Assembly: GCA_024691325.1 (NCBI GenBank)
Contig: JAILNR010000012.1
Span: forward strand, 37,999-101,998
Direction: 5' to 3'
DNA length: 64,000 nucleotides
Origin: Saccharofermentans sp.
GTDB lineage: Bacteria > Bacillota > Clostridia > Saccharofermentanales > Saccharofermentanaceae
The notes beneath the pieces are model-generated. The model saw nothing but the letters and a program-made list of their open reading frames with translations. It was not told where the DNA came from and ran no database searches. Of the stretch, positions 17,618-26,827 are shown piece by piece (the first letter of the stretch is position 1; every line of letters begins with the position of its first letter). The translations under genes and the position numbers were made by a program.

Positions 17618-19129
17618 TTAGAACTGCAAGTATATGAATCCCGATGCATCGAATGCGGGACCGTATATACCAAAAGTCAACACTGCAAAGAATAAAGCAA
17701 TGATAACTATCCATCTGAACCACCAGGGCTGATCGAGCATAATATCACCGACCGGCTTCTGACTTTTCTTTTTTGCTATATCCATCACTATAAGTGCAAG
17801 TACAGCCATAAACAGGATATTGAATTCCTTTTGATCAAGGCCAAGAGTATAAAGACCGCCGTTAAACAGCAGCCAAAGATCAGGCTTATAGAACATTCTC
17901 TTAATAAGTTCAACTGCAAGATTAAAATCAGTAACCCTGAAGAATACCCAGGCAAGATCAACGAGAATAAAAGTAACAGCACCTCTTCCGAACTTGTAAC
18001 CGAAGCTGTCCGTCTTCGCATGAGTTAACTCATTGATCTTCTTTCTAAGAGGAGATGTAACACCGTCTATTACCTGCAAAGCGCCGTGAATTCCGCCCCA
18101 GATAATGAAATTGATTCCTGCGCCATGCCAGATACCGCTCACAAGGAAAGTGATCATCACATTAAGATACTTTCTTATCTTAGAGCACCTGCTGCCGCCC
18201 AGTGGAATATAAACATAATCACGGAGCCAGGAACTTAATGAGATATGCCATCTTCTCCAGAACTCCTGAACACTCTGTGACAGATAAGGAGCATCAAAGT
18301 TATCAAACACATCTATACCCATCATCTTCGAACAGCCCATCGCGATAGTTGAATAACTCATAAAATCACAATAGATCTGTATGGAATAACAAATTGAAGC
18401 AAAGATTATCTCAACTGAACCGAAGTTATAATAATGACCATAGACATTATCAACGATCATTGCAATCCTGTCAGCGATAACCATCTTGGCAAACAAGCCC
18501 CACAAGATAAGAACAATGCCGTTAGACATCCTGTCAACATTTATTACTTTTACTTCGTGAAGTTTCTTAAGCTGAGGAATCAGGTGATCCGCTCTCTCGA
18601 TAGGACCCGACATAATGCACGGGAAAAAACATGTAAACAAAGCATAGTAGAAAGGATTCTTCTCAGGTTCAATCTTCCTCTTATAAACATCAATCAGATA
18701 ACCTGTGGATGTGAATATAAAGAAAGATATACCTATTGGCATCAACAGATTAAAGTCAGTGCTGATAGGAGTGCCTCCCCTTTGCACAATCGAAGGATTG
18801 ATAAGCTCGATAAAAAACTTTGTATATTTGAAGTAAAACAGCATCCCGAAGTCAGCAATAAGGCCTTCTAAAAGCAGGATAACGCGTAATATCTTAAATC
18901 TGCCCTCTGATGGAACAAGTCCCATGATAAGCCCTGTTACATAGGAAACACCTATCGCTGTAAAGAGATATATCGACTGCTCGGATATGGGATTCTCACG
19001 GCTCTCAAAACAGTAAAAGAACAGGCTGGCGACAAGTATCCACCAAACTCTTACTCTCGGCGGCAAAACATAGAAAACTGCCATTACCACCAGGAAAAAC
19101 AATGCAAAATGCAACGAATTAAAAAGCAA
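17618..19129 (-). CDS. MBOAT family O-acyltransferase (AlgI/DltB-like)
   Basis: 503 aa. MLFNSLHFALFF at the N-terminus, a polytopic fold, FWRRWHISLSSWLRDYVYIPLGG with the catalytic His, and GIWHG. TTG start with GGAGGG upstream. Confidence 0.9.
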   Translation of the reverse strand: MLFNSLHFALFFLVVMAVFYVLPPRVRVWWILVASLFFYCFESRENPISEQSIYLFTAIGVSYVTGLIMGLVPSEGRFKILRVILLLEGLIADFGMLFYFKYTKFFIELINPSIVQRGGTPISTDFNLLMPIGISFFIFTSTGYLIDVYKRKIEPEKNPFYYALFTCFFPCIMSGPIERADHLIPQLKKLHEVKVINVDRMSNGIVLILWGLFAKMVIADRIAMIVDNVYGHYYNFGSVEIIFASICYSIQIYCDFMSYSTIAMGCSKMMGIDVFDNFDAPYLSQSVQEFWRRWHISLSSWLRDYVYIPLGGSRCSKIRKYLNVMITFLVSGIWHGAGINFIIWGGIHGALQVIDGVTSPLRKKINELTHAKTDSFGYKFGRGAVTFILVDLAWVFFRVTDFNLAVELIKRMFYKPDLWLLFNGGLYTLGLDQKEFNILFMAVLALIVMDIAKKKSQKPVGDIMLDQPWWFRWIVIIALFFAVLTFGIYGPAFDASGFIYLQF

Positions 19130-19173
19130 CCGTCAACCCTCCAATGACGAATTATACTCTATAATCCGTATAT

Positions 19174-21072
19174 TCACAAAACACTCTTGAGATCGTCCAG
19201 CCAAAGCACGGCAACCGCATCAGATGGCATTCTCCAATCCCCTCTCGGAGAAAGAGTAACCGTACCTACCTTCGGGCCGTCAGGAAGACAAGACCTTTTA
19301 AACTGCTGATTAAAAAATCTCTTTATAAAGGTCTCTTCCCACTTATAGATTACTGAAGAATCAAATTTTCCCTCAAACGCGATATTTGCAAGCCTGAATA
19401 TCTTAGACGGTTTAAAGCCCCATCTTAAGAAATAGTACAGGAAGAAATCATGAAGTTCATAAGGTCCCACAAGATCTTCCGTCTTCTGGCTGATCTCACC
19501 ATTACCGTCAGGAGGAAGAAGTTCCGGAGAAACAGGTGTGTCCACTACATCCTTAAGGACCTGTGCTAATTCACCTTCGGCTTTACCTGACTCATAAGTA
19601 ACCAGATGACGGATCAGTGTCTTAGGTATAGATGAATTAACGCCATACATAGACATATGATCTCCATTATATGTAGCCCATCCGAGTGCAAGCTCGCTAA
19701 GATCACCGGTACCGATTACGATTCCGCCGTTCTTATTAGCTATATCCATAAGGATCTGCGTACGTTCTCTTGCCTGTGAATTTTCATAAGTAACATCATG
19801 AGTGTTCTCATCATGACCTATATCTTCAAAATGCTGTCTGACGGAAGCCTTTATATCAACTGTCTTAAGGGTTACGCCGTAAGCTTCGGCCAAAGATACA
19901 GAGTTATTCCTGGTCCTCGAAGTAGTTCCGAATCCGGGCATTGTAACTGCAATTATACCGTCACGCTTAAGCCCGAGCATATCAAAGGCATGAACTGTAA
20001 CTATCAAAGCCAAAGTCGAATCAAGACCGCCGGACAGACCTACAACTGCGCACTTTCCGTTAATGTGGGCAAGTCTCTTTGCAAGACCTGCAGCCTGCAT
20101 GGTTATGATGTCTTCACATCTTGAAGACAGATCGTTAAGGTTGTCCGGGACAAACGGCAATTGAGGTACTTTTCTTTCAAGAACAAGCTCAGTTTCAGGC
20201 TCCGTATCAAAATAAACAATACTTAAAGGTTCCTCACTTGTCTCGAAAGAGTTTCTCAATCTGTCATGAGCAAGTCTTTGCAGATCAAGATCGGCATAGA
20301 TAACGCCGCTTTTACCAAATCCGGCAGACTCACTTAAAACAGAGCCGTTCTCGCAAATCATGCGGTGCCCTGCAAAGACGAGATCCTGTGTAGACTCGCC
20401 AAAACCACAGTCGGCATAGATGTAACCTGACACAAGACGGCCCGACTGCATTGATACAAGCTTTCTTCTGTAATCTCTTTTACCTATTACTTCATCGGAA
20501 GCAGACAGATTACAAATAACAGTAGCACCCGACATTGCAAGACTTACTGAAGGCGGATCAGCTACCCAAAGATCCTCACAAATCTCGACTCCAAACGTAA
20601 AGTCTTCATAGGTCTCATTTCTGAATATGAGATTACCAAAGGGGACTCCCTCCTCCGTCTCATCCTCTCCCTCAAAAGGAGTGAAATAACGGAGTTCATA
20701 AAACTCGGAGTAATTAGGAATAAATCTCTTAGGGACTATTCCCAGCACTTCACCCTGTGATACTACAGCCGCAACGTTATAAAGCTTTCCTTCAAATCTG
20801 TAAGGCAGTCCGACTACGATGACAAGATTAAGGTCACATGAAGCCTCTACGATATCGTATAGACCAGTCATGGCAGCTTCGATCAGCTGGTTATTAAGAA
20901 ACAGGTCACCACAGGTATATCCGGTTATGGATAATTCAGGAAAGACCAATAAAGAACACTTCTTCTCATCAGCTTCTTGTGAGAGTCTGATAATCTCATT
21001 GACATTAAACTCCACGTCAGCAACTTTAACTTCAGGAGTTGCCGATCCGACTCTGATAAAACCGTCCTTCAT
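19174..21072 (-). CDS. nadE: Glutamine-dependent NAD+ synthetase
   Basis: 632 aa. N-terminal CN-hydrolase domain (FPELSITGY, EICEDLW) and a C-terminal synthetase with an SGGLDS P-loop. Confidence 0.93.
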   Translation of the reverse strand: MKDGFIRVGSATPEVKVADVEFNVNEIIRLSQEADEKKCSLLVFPELSITGYTCGDLFLNNQLIEAAMTGLYDIVEASCDLNLVIVVGLPYRFEGKLYNVAAVVSQGEVLGIVPKRFIPNYSEFYELRYFTPFEGEDETEEGVPFGNLIFRNETYEDFTFGVEICEDLWVADPPSVSLAMSGATVICNLSASDEVIGKRDYRRKLVSMQSGRLVSGYIYADCGFGESTQDLVFAGHRMICENGSVLSESAGFGKSGVIYADLDLQRLAHDRLRNSFETSEEPLSIVYFDTEPETELVLERKVPQLPFVPDNLNDLSSRCEDIITMQAAGLAKRLAHINGKCAVVGLSGGLDSTLALIVTVHAFDMLGLKRDGIIAVTMPGFGTTSRTRNNSVSLAEAYGVTLKTVDIKASVRQHFEDIGHDENTHDVTYENSQARERTQILMDIANKNGGIVIGTGDLSELALGWATYNGDHMSMYGVNSSIPKTLIRHLVTYESGKAEGELAQVLKDVVDTPVSPELLPPDGNGEISQKTEDLVGPYELHDFFLYYFLRWGFKPSKIFRLANIAFEGKFDSSVIYKWEETFIKRFFNQQFKRSCLPDGPKVGTVTLSPRGDWRMPSDAVAVLWLDDLKSVL

Positions 21073-21090
21073 AGTCCTTCCTCCGTCAAA

Positions 21091-22335
21091 TCAAGTTCTG
21101 TAACTGCCGTTTATCTTTACGTAGTCGTAAGTAAAGTCACAGGTAAACATGCGGTCGTAAGCATCCCCTTCTGACAACTTGATCTGAATAAAGATATCGT
21201 GCTCAGACAGGATCCTGGCCGCCTCTTCCTCATCAAAATCAACACATACGCCGTCATGGAAGAACAGCATTCCGCCTACCAGAATATCTATCTTATCAGG
21301 ATCAAACTTTGCTCCGGAATAACCTACGGCAGTAAGAACTCTTCCGATATTTGCATCCTCTCCGAACATCGCTGTCTTAACAAGAGGAGACCTTGCAACA
21401 GAAGTAACGATAAGCTTGGCATCGTACTCATCAGCTGCACCCGTAACCTCGATCTCGATAAACTTGGAAGCACCTTCACCATCAGAAGCAATCTTCCTCG
21501 CGATATCCTCTGCAAGCTCTGTTAAAGCCTGCTCGAAAAGCTCATAGTCTTCACTGCCTTCCTTTATCTCACAAGCTCCGGCAGCGCCGTTAGCCATGAT
21601 GATAACGGAATCGCATACTGATGTATCTCCGTCCACGCTTACTCTGTTGAAGGTGTACTTAACTGCTTTTCGAAGGGCCTTGTCAAGCAAAGCGCTGCTT
21701 ATGGCGGCATCTGTTGTAAACACACTTATCATGGTTGCAAGATTCGGGTGTATCATACCGGAACCCTTAGCCTGGGCTGCGATGGTAATCTCTTTGCCGT
21801 CAGCAAGAGTAATAGTTGCAGCCACTTCCTTGGGAACAGTATCAGTAGTCATCATCGCGTATTCGGAATTGTGTGCACCCTCTTCGTTACTTGAAAGAGA
21901 ATCAACGAGTTCCGGTACAGCCTTAGTGATCTTATCCACGGGAAGTCTCGAGCCGATAACTCCGGTAGATGCAGTCATTATCTGGTTGTTATCACATTTA
22001 AGAAGGCCTGCGATCTTGCCGGCTATAAGGTCAGCATCTTCAACTCCGGCCTTACCTACACCTGCATTAGCCACCTTACTGTTGATAACGATACCTCTAA
22101 CCTGAACGCCGCTGTTTATGATATCTATAGTTCTTGTCAGTGAATGACCTTTAACAAGATTGGATGTGTAAACACCGGCAACATTAGCAGGGACATCAGA
22201 TACGATCAAAGCCACATCAAGATAGGATGACTTGGGATCATCCTTGTTTATGTTGGCAGGATCACTGCACTTCATACCGGCAGCAACGCCGCTCGCCTTA
22301 AAACCCTTAGGTAAAGTTATATATGCTTCTTCCAT
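21091..22335 (-). CDS. argJ: Bifunctional ornithine acetyltransferase / N-acetylglutamate synthase
   Basis: 414 aa with the autoproteolysis site HPNLATMISVFTTDA. Confidence 0.95.
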   Translation of the reverse strand: MEEAYITLPKGFKASGVAAGMKCSDPANINKDDPKSSYLDVALIVSDVPANVAGVYTSNLVKGHSLTRTIDIINSGVQVRGIVINSKVANAGVGKAGVEDADLIAGKIAGLLKCDNNQIMTASTGVIGSRLPVDKITKAVPELVDSLSSNEEGAHNSEYAMMTTDTVPKEVAATITLADGKEITIAAQAKGSGMIHPNLATMISVFTTDAAISSALLDKALRKAVKYTFNRVSVDGDTSVCDSVIIMANGAAGACEIKEGSEDYELFEQALTELAEDIARKIASDGEGASKFIEIEVTGAADEYDAKLIVTSVARSPLVKTAMFGEDANIGRVLTAVGYSGAKFDPDKIDILVGGMLFFHDGVCVDFDEEEAARILSEHDIFIQIKLSEGDAYDRMFTCDFTYDYVKINGSYRT

Positions 22336-22349
22336 ATTATGCCTCGTTA

Positions 22350-23531
22350 TTAATGGTGGAAGAGTCTGATACCGGTGAATGCCATCGCCATATCATACTT
22401 ATTGCAGGTCATGATTACATGATCATCTCTGATGGATCCGCCGGGTTCAGCAATGTACTTAACGCCGCTCTTATAAGCTCTCTCGATGTTGTCACCGAAC
22501 GGGAAGAATGCATCAGAACCCAATGCAACATCAGTATTCTTGGAAAGCCACTCCTTCTTCTCTTCATCAGTAAGAACCTCAGGCTTCTCTTTGAACAAAG
22601 TCTGCCATGTTCCGTCACGCAATACATCATCGTGCTCATCAGAGATATAAACATCGATTGTGTTATCTCTGTCAGGTCTTCTTATTCCGTCTACGAACTT
22701 GAGACCCATTACCTTCGGATGCTGACGGAGCCACCAGATATCTGCCTTGTTTCCGGCAAGTCTCGTGCAGTGGATTCGGCTTTGCTGTCCGGCACCGATA
22801 CCGATTGCCTGACCGTCCTTTACATAACAAACAGAATTACTCTGTGTGTACTTCAAAGTGATAAGTGAGATAAGAAGATCTGTCTTCTTGTCATCAGGAA
22901 TATTCTTGTTATCCGTAACGATATTATCAAGAAGATCGTTATTGATAAAAAGATCATTTCTTCCCTGCTCGAAAGTAACGCCAAACACCTGCTTTTTCTC
23001 AATGGGGTCAGGCTGGTAATCAGGGTCGATCTTGATTACGTTATAAGTACCCTTACGCTTGTTTTTAAGGATCTCGAGAGCTTCATCCGTATATCCCGGA
23101 GCGATAATACCGTCGGAAACCTCACGTGCAAGCATAGTAGCCGTAATAGCATCGCAAGTGTCTGACAAAGCAACGAAGTCACCATAGGAGCTCATTCTGT
23201 CAGCGCCTCTGGCCCTTGCATATGCACATGCAATGGGTGAAAGCTCACCAAGATCATCAACGAAGTATATCTTAGCCTCTGTCTCAGACAAGGGCTTGCC
23301 TACTGCCGAACCTGCAGGTGATACATGCTTAAATGATGTAGCTGAAGGAAGACCTGTAGCCCTCTTAAGTTCCTTTACAAGCTGCCATCCGTTAAAAGCA
23401 TCAAGAAGGTTGATATAACCAGGCTTGCCATTTAAAACTTCGATAGGAAGTTCAGAGCCGTTCTCCATGAATATTCTTGAAGGTTTCTGATTAGGATTAC
23501 ATCCGTATTTAAGCTGCATTTCGTTAGACAT
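22350..23531 (-). CDS. purH: AICAR formyltransferase (stand-alone PurH transformylase domain)
   Basis: Homology begins at MSNEMQLKYGCNPNQKP. ATG 23531 has AAGGAG 8 nt upstream. The longer ORF-track N-terminus overlaps the upstream gene and is low-complexity noise. Confidence 0.9.
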   Translation of the reverse strand: MSNEMQLKYGCNPNQKPSRIFMENGSELPIEVLNGKPGYINLLDAFNGWQLVKELKRATGLPSATSFKHVSPAGSAVGKPLSETEAKIYFVDDLGELSPIACAYARARGADRMSSYGDFVALSDTCDAITATMLAREVSDGIIAPGYTDEALEILKNKRKGTYNVIKIDPDYQPDPIEKKQVFGVTFEQGRNDLFINNDLLDNIVTDNKNIPDDKKTDLLISLITLKYTQSNSVCYVKDGQAIGIGAGQQSRIHCTRLAGNKADIWWLRQHPKVMGLKFVDGIRRPDRDNTIDVYISDEHDDVLRDGTWQTLFKEKPEVLTDEEKKEWLSKNTDVALGSDAFFPFGDNIERAYKSGVKYIAEPGGSIRDDHVIMTCNKYDMAMAFTGIRLFHH

Positions 23532-23544
23532 TACACTTTTCTCC

Positions 23545-24258
23545 TTAAACATTCTTATTAACGATTCTTGTTGTAGCTTCGCCCGACTTAATATCGATAT
23601 ACTTAACAAACAAGGAAACCTTATTCTCCTCGTTAAGACTTGTCCAAAGCATATCCGTGAAAGAATCGATATCTCCTTCGATTCCGATCTTCTCAGGCTC
23701 ACCCTCAAAGCTCGGAAGAGGATTTCCGTCACCCATATATGTATGAATGAATCTTCCGTCACCGGCAAGAGGATTGTTATAAGCAAATGTGTATCGCTGG
23801 CATGATTCGGGGTTGCCGTCAGCAGATTTAAGGATCGACATCGCATAATTGAACTGGCCGTCTTCGACATGAAGAATACCTGAGATTCTGGGAGTATAGT
23901 TCGGAGCATCATCCTCGAATTCGCGTCCCCTGAGGCTCATCTCGAATGTCTGCTGCTTATCCATAAGCTCATAGATAGTATCTGTCTGGTCGCCGTTAGT
24001 AACGATTGTCTTGTTTCCAAGTACTCTAACCGGAGAATAGATGATAAGGTGCGGATCCGTAAGCTTTGAAGGATCGAATGCCTCTGTCTTGATTCCATCC
24101 TCAGTTGCCGTAAATACACGGTTTCTGGAGTTAACGCTTCTTCCCATTATGAAGTAAGCGGTAACAGCATATTTGCCGTCAGCGGACTTACCGATGATGA
24201 TTCCTCTTCCGGGATAGGGATTGGACTTTAAAAGATCTGAAATGTTCAACTTTTCCAT
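23545..24258 (-). CDS. IMP cyclohydrolase, PurO-like (non-MGS type)
   Basis: 237 aa. NPYPGRGIIIG..YFIMGRS at the N-terminus is typical of the PurO-type family. It sits immediately upstream of the transformylase-only purH. Confidence 0.8.
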   Translation of the reverse strand: MEKLNISDLLKSNPYPGRGIIIGKSADGKYAVTAYFIMGRSVNSRNRVFTATEDGIKTEAFDPSKLTDPHLIIYSPVRVLGNKTIVTNGDQTDTIYELMDKQQTFEMSLRGREFEDDAPNYTPRISGILHVEDGQFNYAMSILKSADGNPESCQRYTFAYNNPLAGDGRFIHTYMGDGNPLPSFEGEPEKIGIEGDIDSFTDMLWTSLNEENKVSLFVKYIDIKSGEATTRIVNKNV

Positions 24259-24262
24259 AACT

Positions 24263-24886
24263 TCATTCCTTTACATATGCAATATTATTTTTTATCTCAA
24301 TCTTACCTTGTGCGAATAAGCCAATGGCTCTCGGAAGTATATCCTGTTCGCACTCTTTCATGATCCTCTTCTGCAAAGTCTCGGGAGTATCATCAGGTAA
24401 TACATCCACACACTTCTGAAGAAGTATAGGGCCCTCATCGTAATTCTCATTAACCAGATGAACCGTTGCACCGGATACTTTAACTCCGCGGGCCAAAGCC
24501 GCCTCATGAGGTTTAATGCCATACATTCCCTTGCCGCAGAAAGCAGGAATAAGAGCAGGATGAATATTGATTATCCTGTTATTATAAGCCTTTACCGTCT
24601 TCTGACCCAAAAGTGAGAGATAACCTGCAAGAACAATAAGCTCGGCTCCGGCTTCCCTCAACTTCTCAACAACAGCATCATCCCATTCCTCACGGCTTGC
24701 AAATGATTTTACACTCATAACTACAGACGGGATATTGTTATCTGCCGCTCTTTGAAGAGCAAAAGCGCTTTCATTGGAAGCAATGACAAGAACTATCTTC
24801 ACATCCTTAAGCTTACCTTCTTTTATCCGGTCAATAATGGCCTGAAGGTTTGTGCCTCCGCCTGATACAAATACAGCTATCTTCAT
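24263..24886 (-). CDS. purN: Phosphoribosylglycinamide formyltransferase
   Basis: 207 aa with FVSGGGTNLQAI, NIHPALIP and HLVNENYDEGPIL. Confidence 0.95.
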   Translation of the reverse strand: MKIAVFVSGGGTNLQAIIDRIKEGKLKDVKIVLVIASNESAFALQRAADNNIPSVVMSVKSFASREEWDDAVVEKLREAGAELIVLAGYLSLLGQKTVKAYNNRIINIHPALIPAFCGKGMYGIKPHEAALARGVKVSGATVHLVNENYDEGPILLQKCVDVLPDDTPETLQKRIMKECEQDILPRAIGLFAQGKIEIKNNIAYVKE

Positions 24887-26298
24887 AGGTTAGTCACCTG
24901 ATGAACGCTCTGTTCAAAATCAACAGGCTTACCTGCAACATAATTACCGTCAAAGCATGCGGAACAGGTGTCGCATGTGATGCCGCCGAGAGCATCCCTG
25001 AGGCAGTCAAGCGTAATATAACCCAGAGAATCTGCACCGATCATCTCGCAGATCTCATCAACACTCATACGTGTGGCAGGAAGATCCTTATCAGTATTGG
25101 CATTAACTCCATAGCAGCAAGGGAACTTAACCTCGGGAGAAGCGAGTCTCACATGCACCTCGGAAGCTCCGTTATCCTTAAGGAATCTGATGATATGCTT
25201 AGTTGTGGTACCTCTTACGAGTGAGTCATCGACAATAGCGATTCTCTTGCCCTTAACAGCTTCCTTAAGCACTGCGAACTTCATACGTACAGCAAGTTCT
25301 CTTTGCTCCTGTGTACTCTTGATAAAGGTTCTTCCTACATATCTGTTCTTAAGAAGACCCATTCCGTAAGTTACGCCCAATCCGTCTGCAAAACCCAAAG
25401 CGGCAGCATTACCTGAATCAGGTGCGCCGATTACGAGGTCACACTCACAGGGATGAAGCTTGGAAAGAGCCTTACCGGCTTCATATCTGGACTTAAAGAC
25501 ATTCGTTCCATCGATAACGGAGTCAGGTCTTGCAACATAAACATACTCAAAGATACATACTTTTCCGTTCTTAATACGCTCTTCAGAGCTTATAGAATCA
25601 TTAAAGTAAACGCTTGATACATCATCCTTTGTAACCGTGAGTATCTCACCGGGCTCAAGGTTTCTTATATACTCGGCACCGAGAGCGTCGAAAGCGCAGT
25701 TCTCGGAAGAGATCATCCATTCATTACCCTTCTTACCGAGTGAAAGAGGTCTTAATCCATACGGATCTCTGATACCGATCAAGGCATCATCCGTCATGAT
25801 AACCATGGCATATACACCGGAAAGCTCCTTCATAGTCTTAAGAAGCGCTTCCTGGATAGTATCGGTAATTACTCTGTTACGTGAGAAAAGCGAAAGAACA
25901 AGCTCAGTATCGGTGTTGGTCTGGAAGATAGCACCCTGATTCTTAAGCTCCTCCCTTATCTGTTCAGCATTGAGGATAACTGAATCACAACTCAAAGCGA
26001 CATTACCGACTCTTGACTTGATAACAACAGGCTGAATTCCGTCGGGACCTACGATTCCGTCTGAACCTCTTGCATGTGCCACTGCACATGAACCGCCGAG
26101 AGCAGAAAGCGTAACCTCATCAAATATATCGGCTACCATTCCCTCTCTTTTATGAACCATAAAGGAACCGTTATTGTTGATGGCAATACCGGCTGCCTCC
26201 TGACCTCTATGCTGTAATGAGAAAACACCGTAGTACGCAGTCTTTGCTGTACCCTCGTCTGCACCTGTTCTGTTAATAACACCGAAAATACCACTCAT
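24883..26298 (-). CDS. purF: Amidophosphoribosyltransferase homolog with a non-canonical glutaminase site
   Basis: The PRTase motif IAIVDDSLVRGTT and the Fe-S Cys ligands (FPCCYG, CSACFDG) are present. The N-terminus reads M-S-G-I-F-G (Ser where the catalytic Cys is expected). The start is set at the ATG 1 nt after the purE stop. Confidence 0.88.
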   Translation of the reverse strand: MSGIFGVINRTGADEGTAKTAYYGVFSLQHRGQEAAGIAINNNGSFMVHKREGMVADIFDEVTLSALGGSCAVAHARGSDGIVGPDGIQPVVIKSRVGNVALSCDSVILNAEQIREELKNQGAIFQTNTDTELVLSLFSRNRVITDTIQEALLKTMKELSGVYAMVIMTDDALIGIRDPYGLRPLSLGKKGNEWMISSENCAFDALGAEYIRNLEPGEILTVTKDDVSSVYFNDSISSEERIKNGKVCIFEYVYVARPDSVIDGTNVFKSRYEAGKALSKLHPCECDLVIGAPDSGNAAALGFADGLGVTYGMGLLKNRYVGRTFIKSTQEQRELAVRMKFAVLKEAVKGKRIAIVDDSLVRGTTTKHIIRFLKDNGASEVHVRLASPEVKFPCCYGVNANTDKDLPATRMSVDEICEMIGADSLGYITLDCLRDALGGITCDTCSACFDGNYVAGKPVDFEQSVHQVTNL

Positions 26299-26299
26299 A

Positions 26300-26809
26300 T
26301 CAAAGACCAGCCTCCTTAAGTTTGTCATTAAGCTTTACTTCCTTGGCATCAACCGAAGAAGCGAGTTCTTTTTTGTAATCAAGAAGCTTGGAAGCGACTT
26401 CATCATCCTTCAAAGCTATGATCTCACAAGCTAAAATAGCGGCGTTGGCTCCACCGTCGATGGCAACGGTAGCAACAGGAATGCCTGAAGGCATCTGTAC
26501 GGTAGCATAAAGAGCATCCACACCATTCAAAGCTCCGCCCTTACAAGGGACACCGATGACCGGAAGAATAGTATTTGAAGCAAGAACGCCCGCAAGATGA
26601 GCTGCAAGACCGGCAGCAGCGATGATAGCACTGAATCCGTTATCACGTGCATCCCTTGCCAGTGTGGAAGCCTTCTCGGGACTTCTGTGTGCTGAAGCTA
26701 TGTGAACCTCATAATCAACACCGAACTTCTTAAGATTCTTAAAACATCCTTCCATTACGGGGAAATCTGAATCAGAACCCATGATCACCATTACTTTGTT
26801 GTTTGCCAT
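26300..26809 (-). CDS. purE: 5-(carboxyamino)imidazole ribonucleotide mutase
   Basis: VIMGSDSD and AGLAAHLAG motifs. The start is probably MANNK (ATG 26809, AGGAG 9 nt upstream). Confidence 0.95.
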   Translation of the reverse strand: MANNKVMVIMGSDSDFPVMEGCFKNLKKFGVDYEVHIASAHRSPEKASTLARDARDNGFSAIIAAAGLAAHLAGVLASNTILPVIGVPCKGGALNGVDALYATVQMPSGIPVATVAIDGGANAAILACEIIALKDDEVASKLLDYKKELASSVDAKEVKLNDKLKEAGL

Positions 26810-26827
26810 TACCTTCATCTCCTATTG

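Noticed and set aside
23532-23912. 127-codon N-terminal extension of the purH ORF
   Set aside because: It overlaps the IMP cyclohydrolase gene in another frame. Homology to AICARFT begins only at MSNEMQLKYGCNPNQ, and a strong AAGGAG RBS precedes ATG 23531.
26810-26827. Looked for a purine/ZTP/THF riboswitch ahead of the pur genes
   Set aside because: The intergenic distance to the CapA-like gene is under 20 nt, and no other pur-gene spacer exceeds 15 nt.
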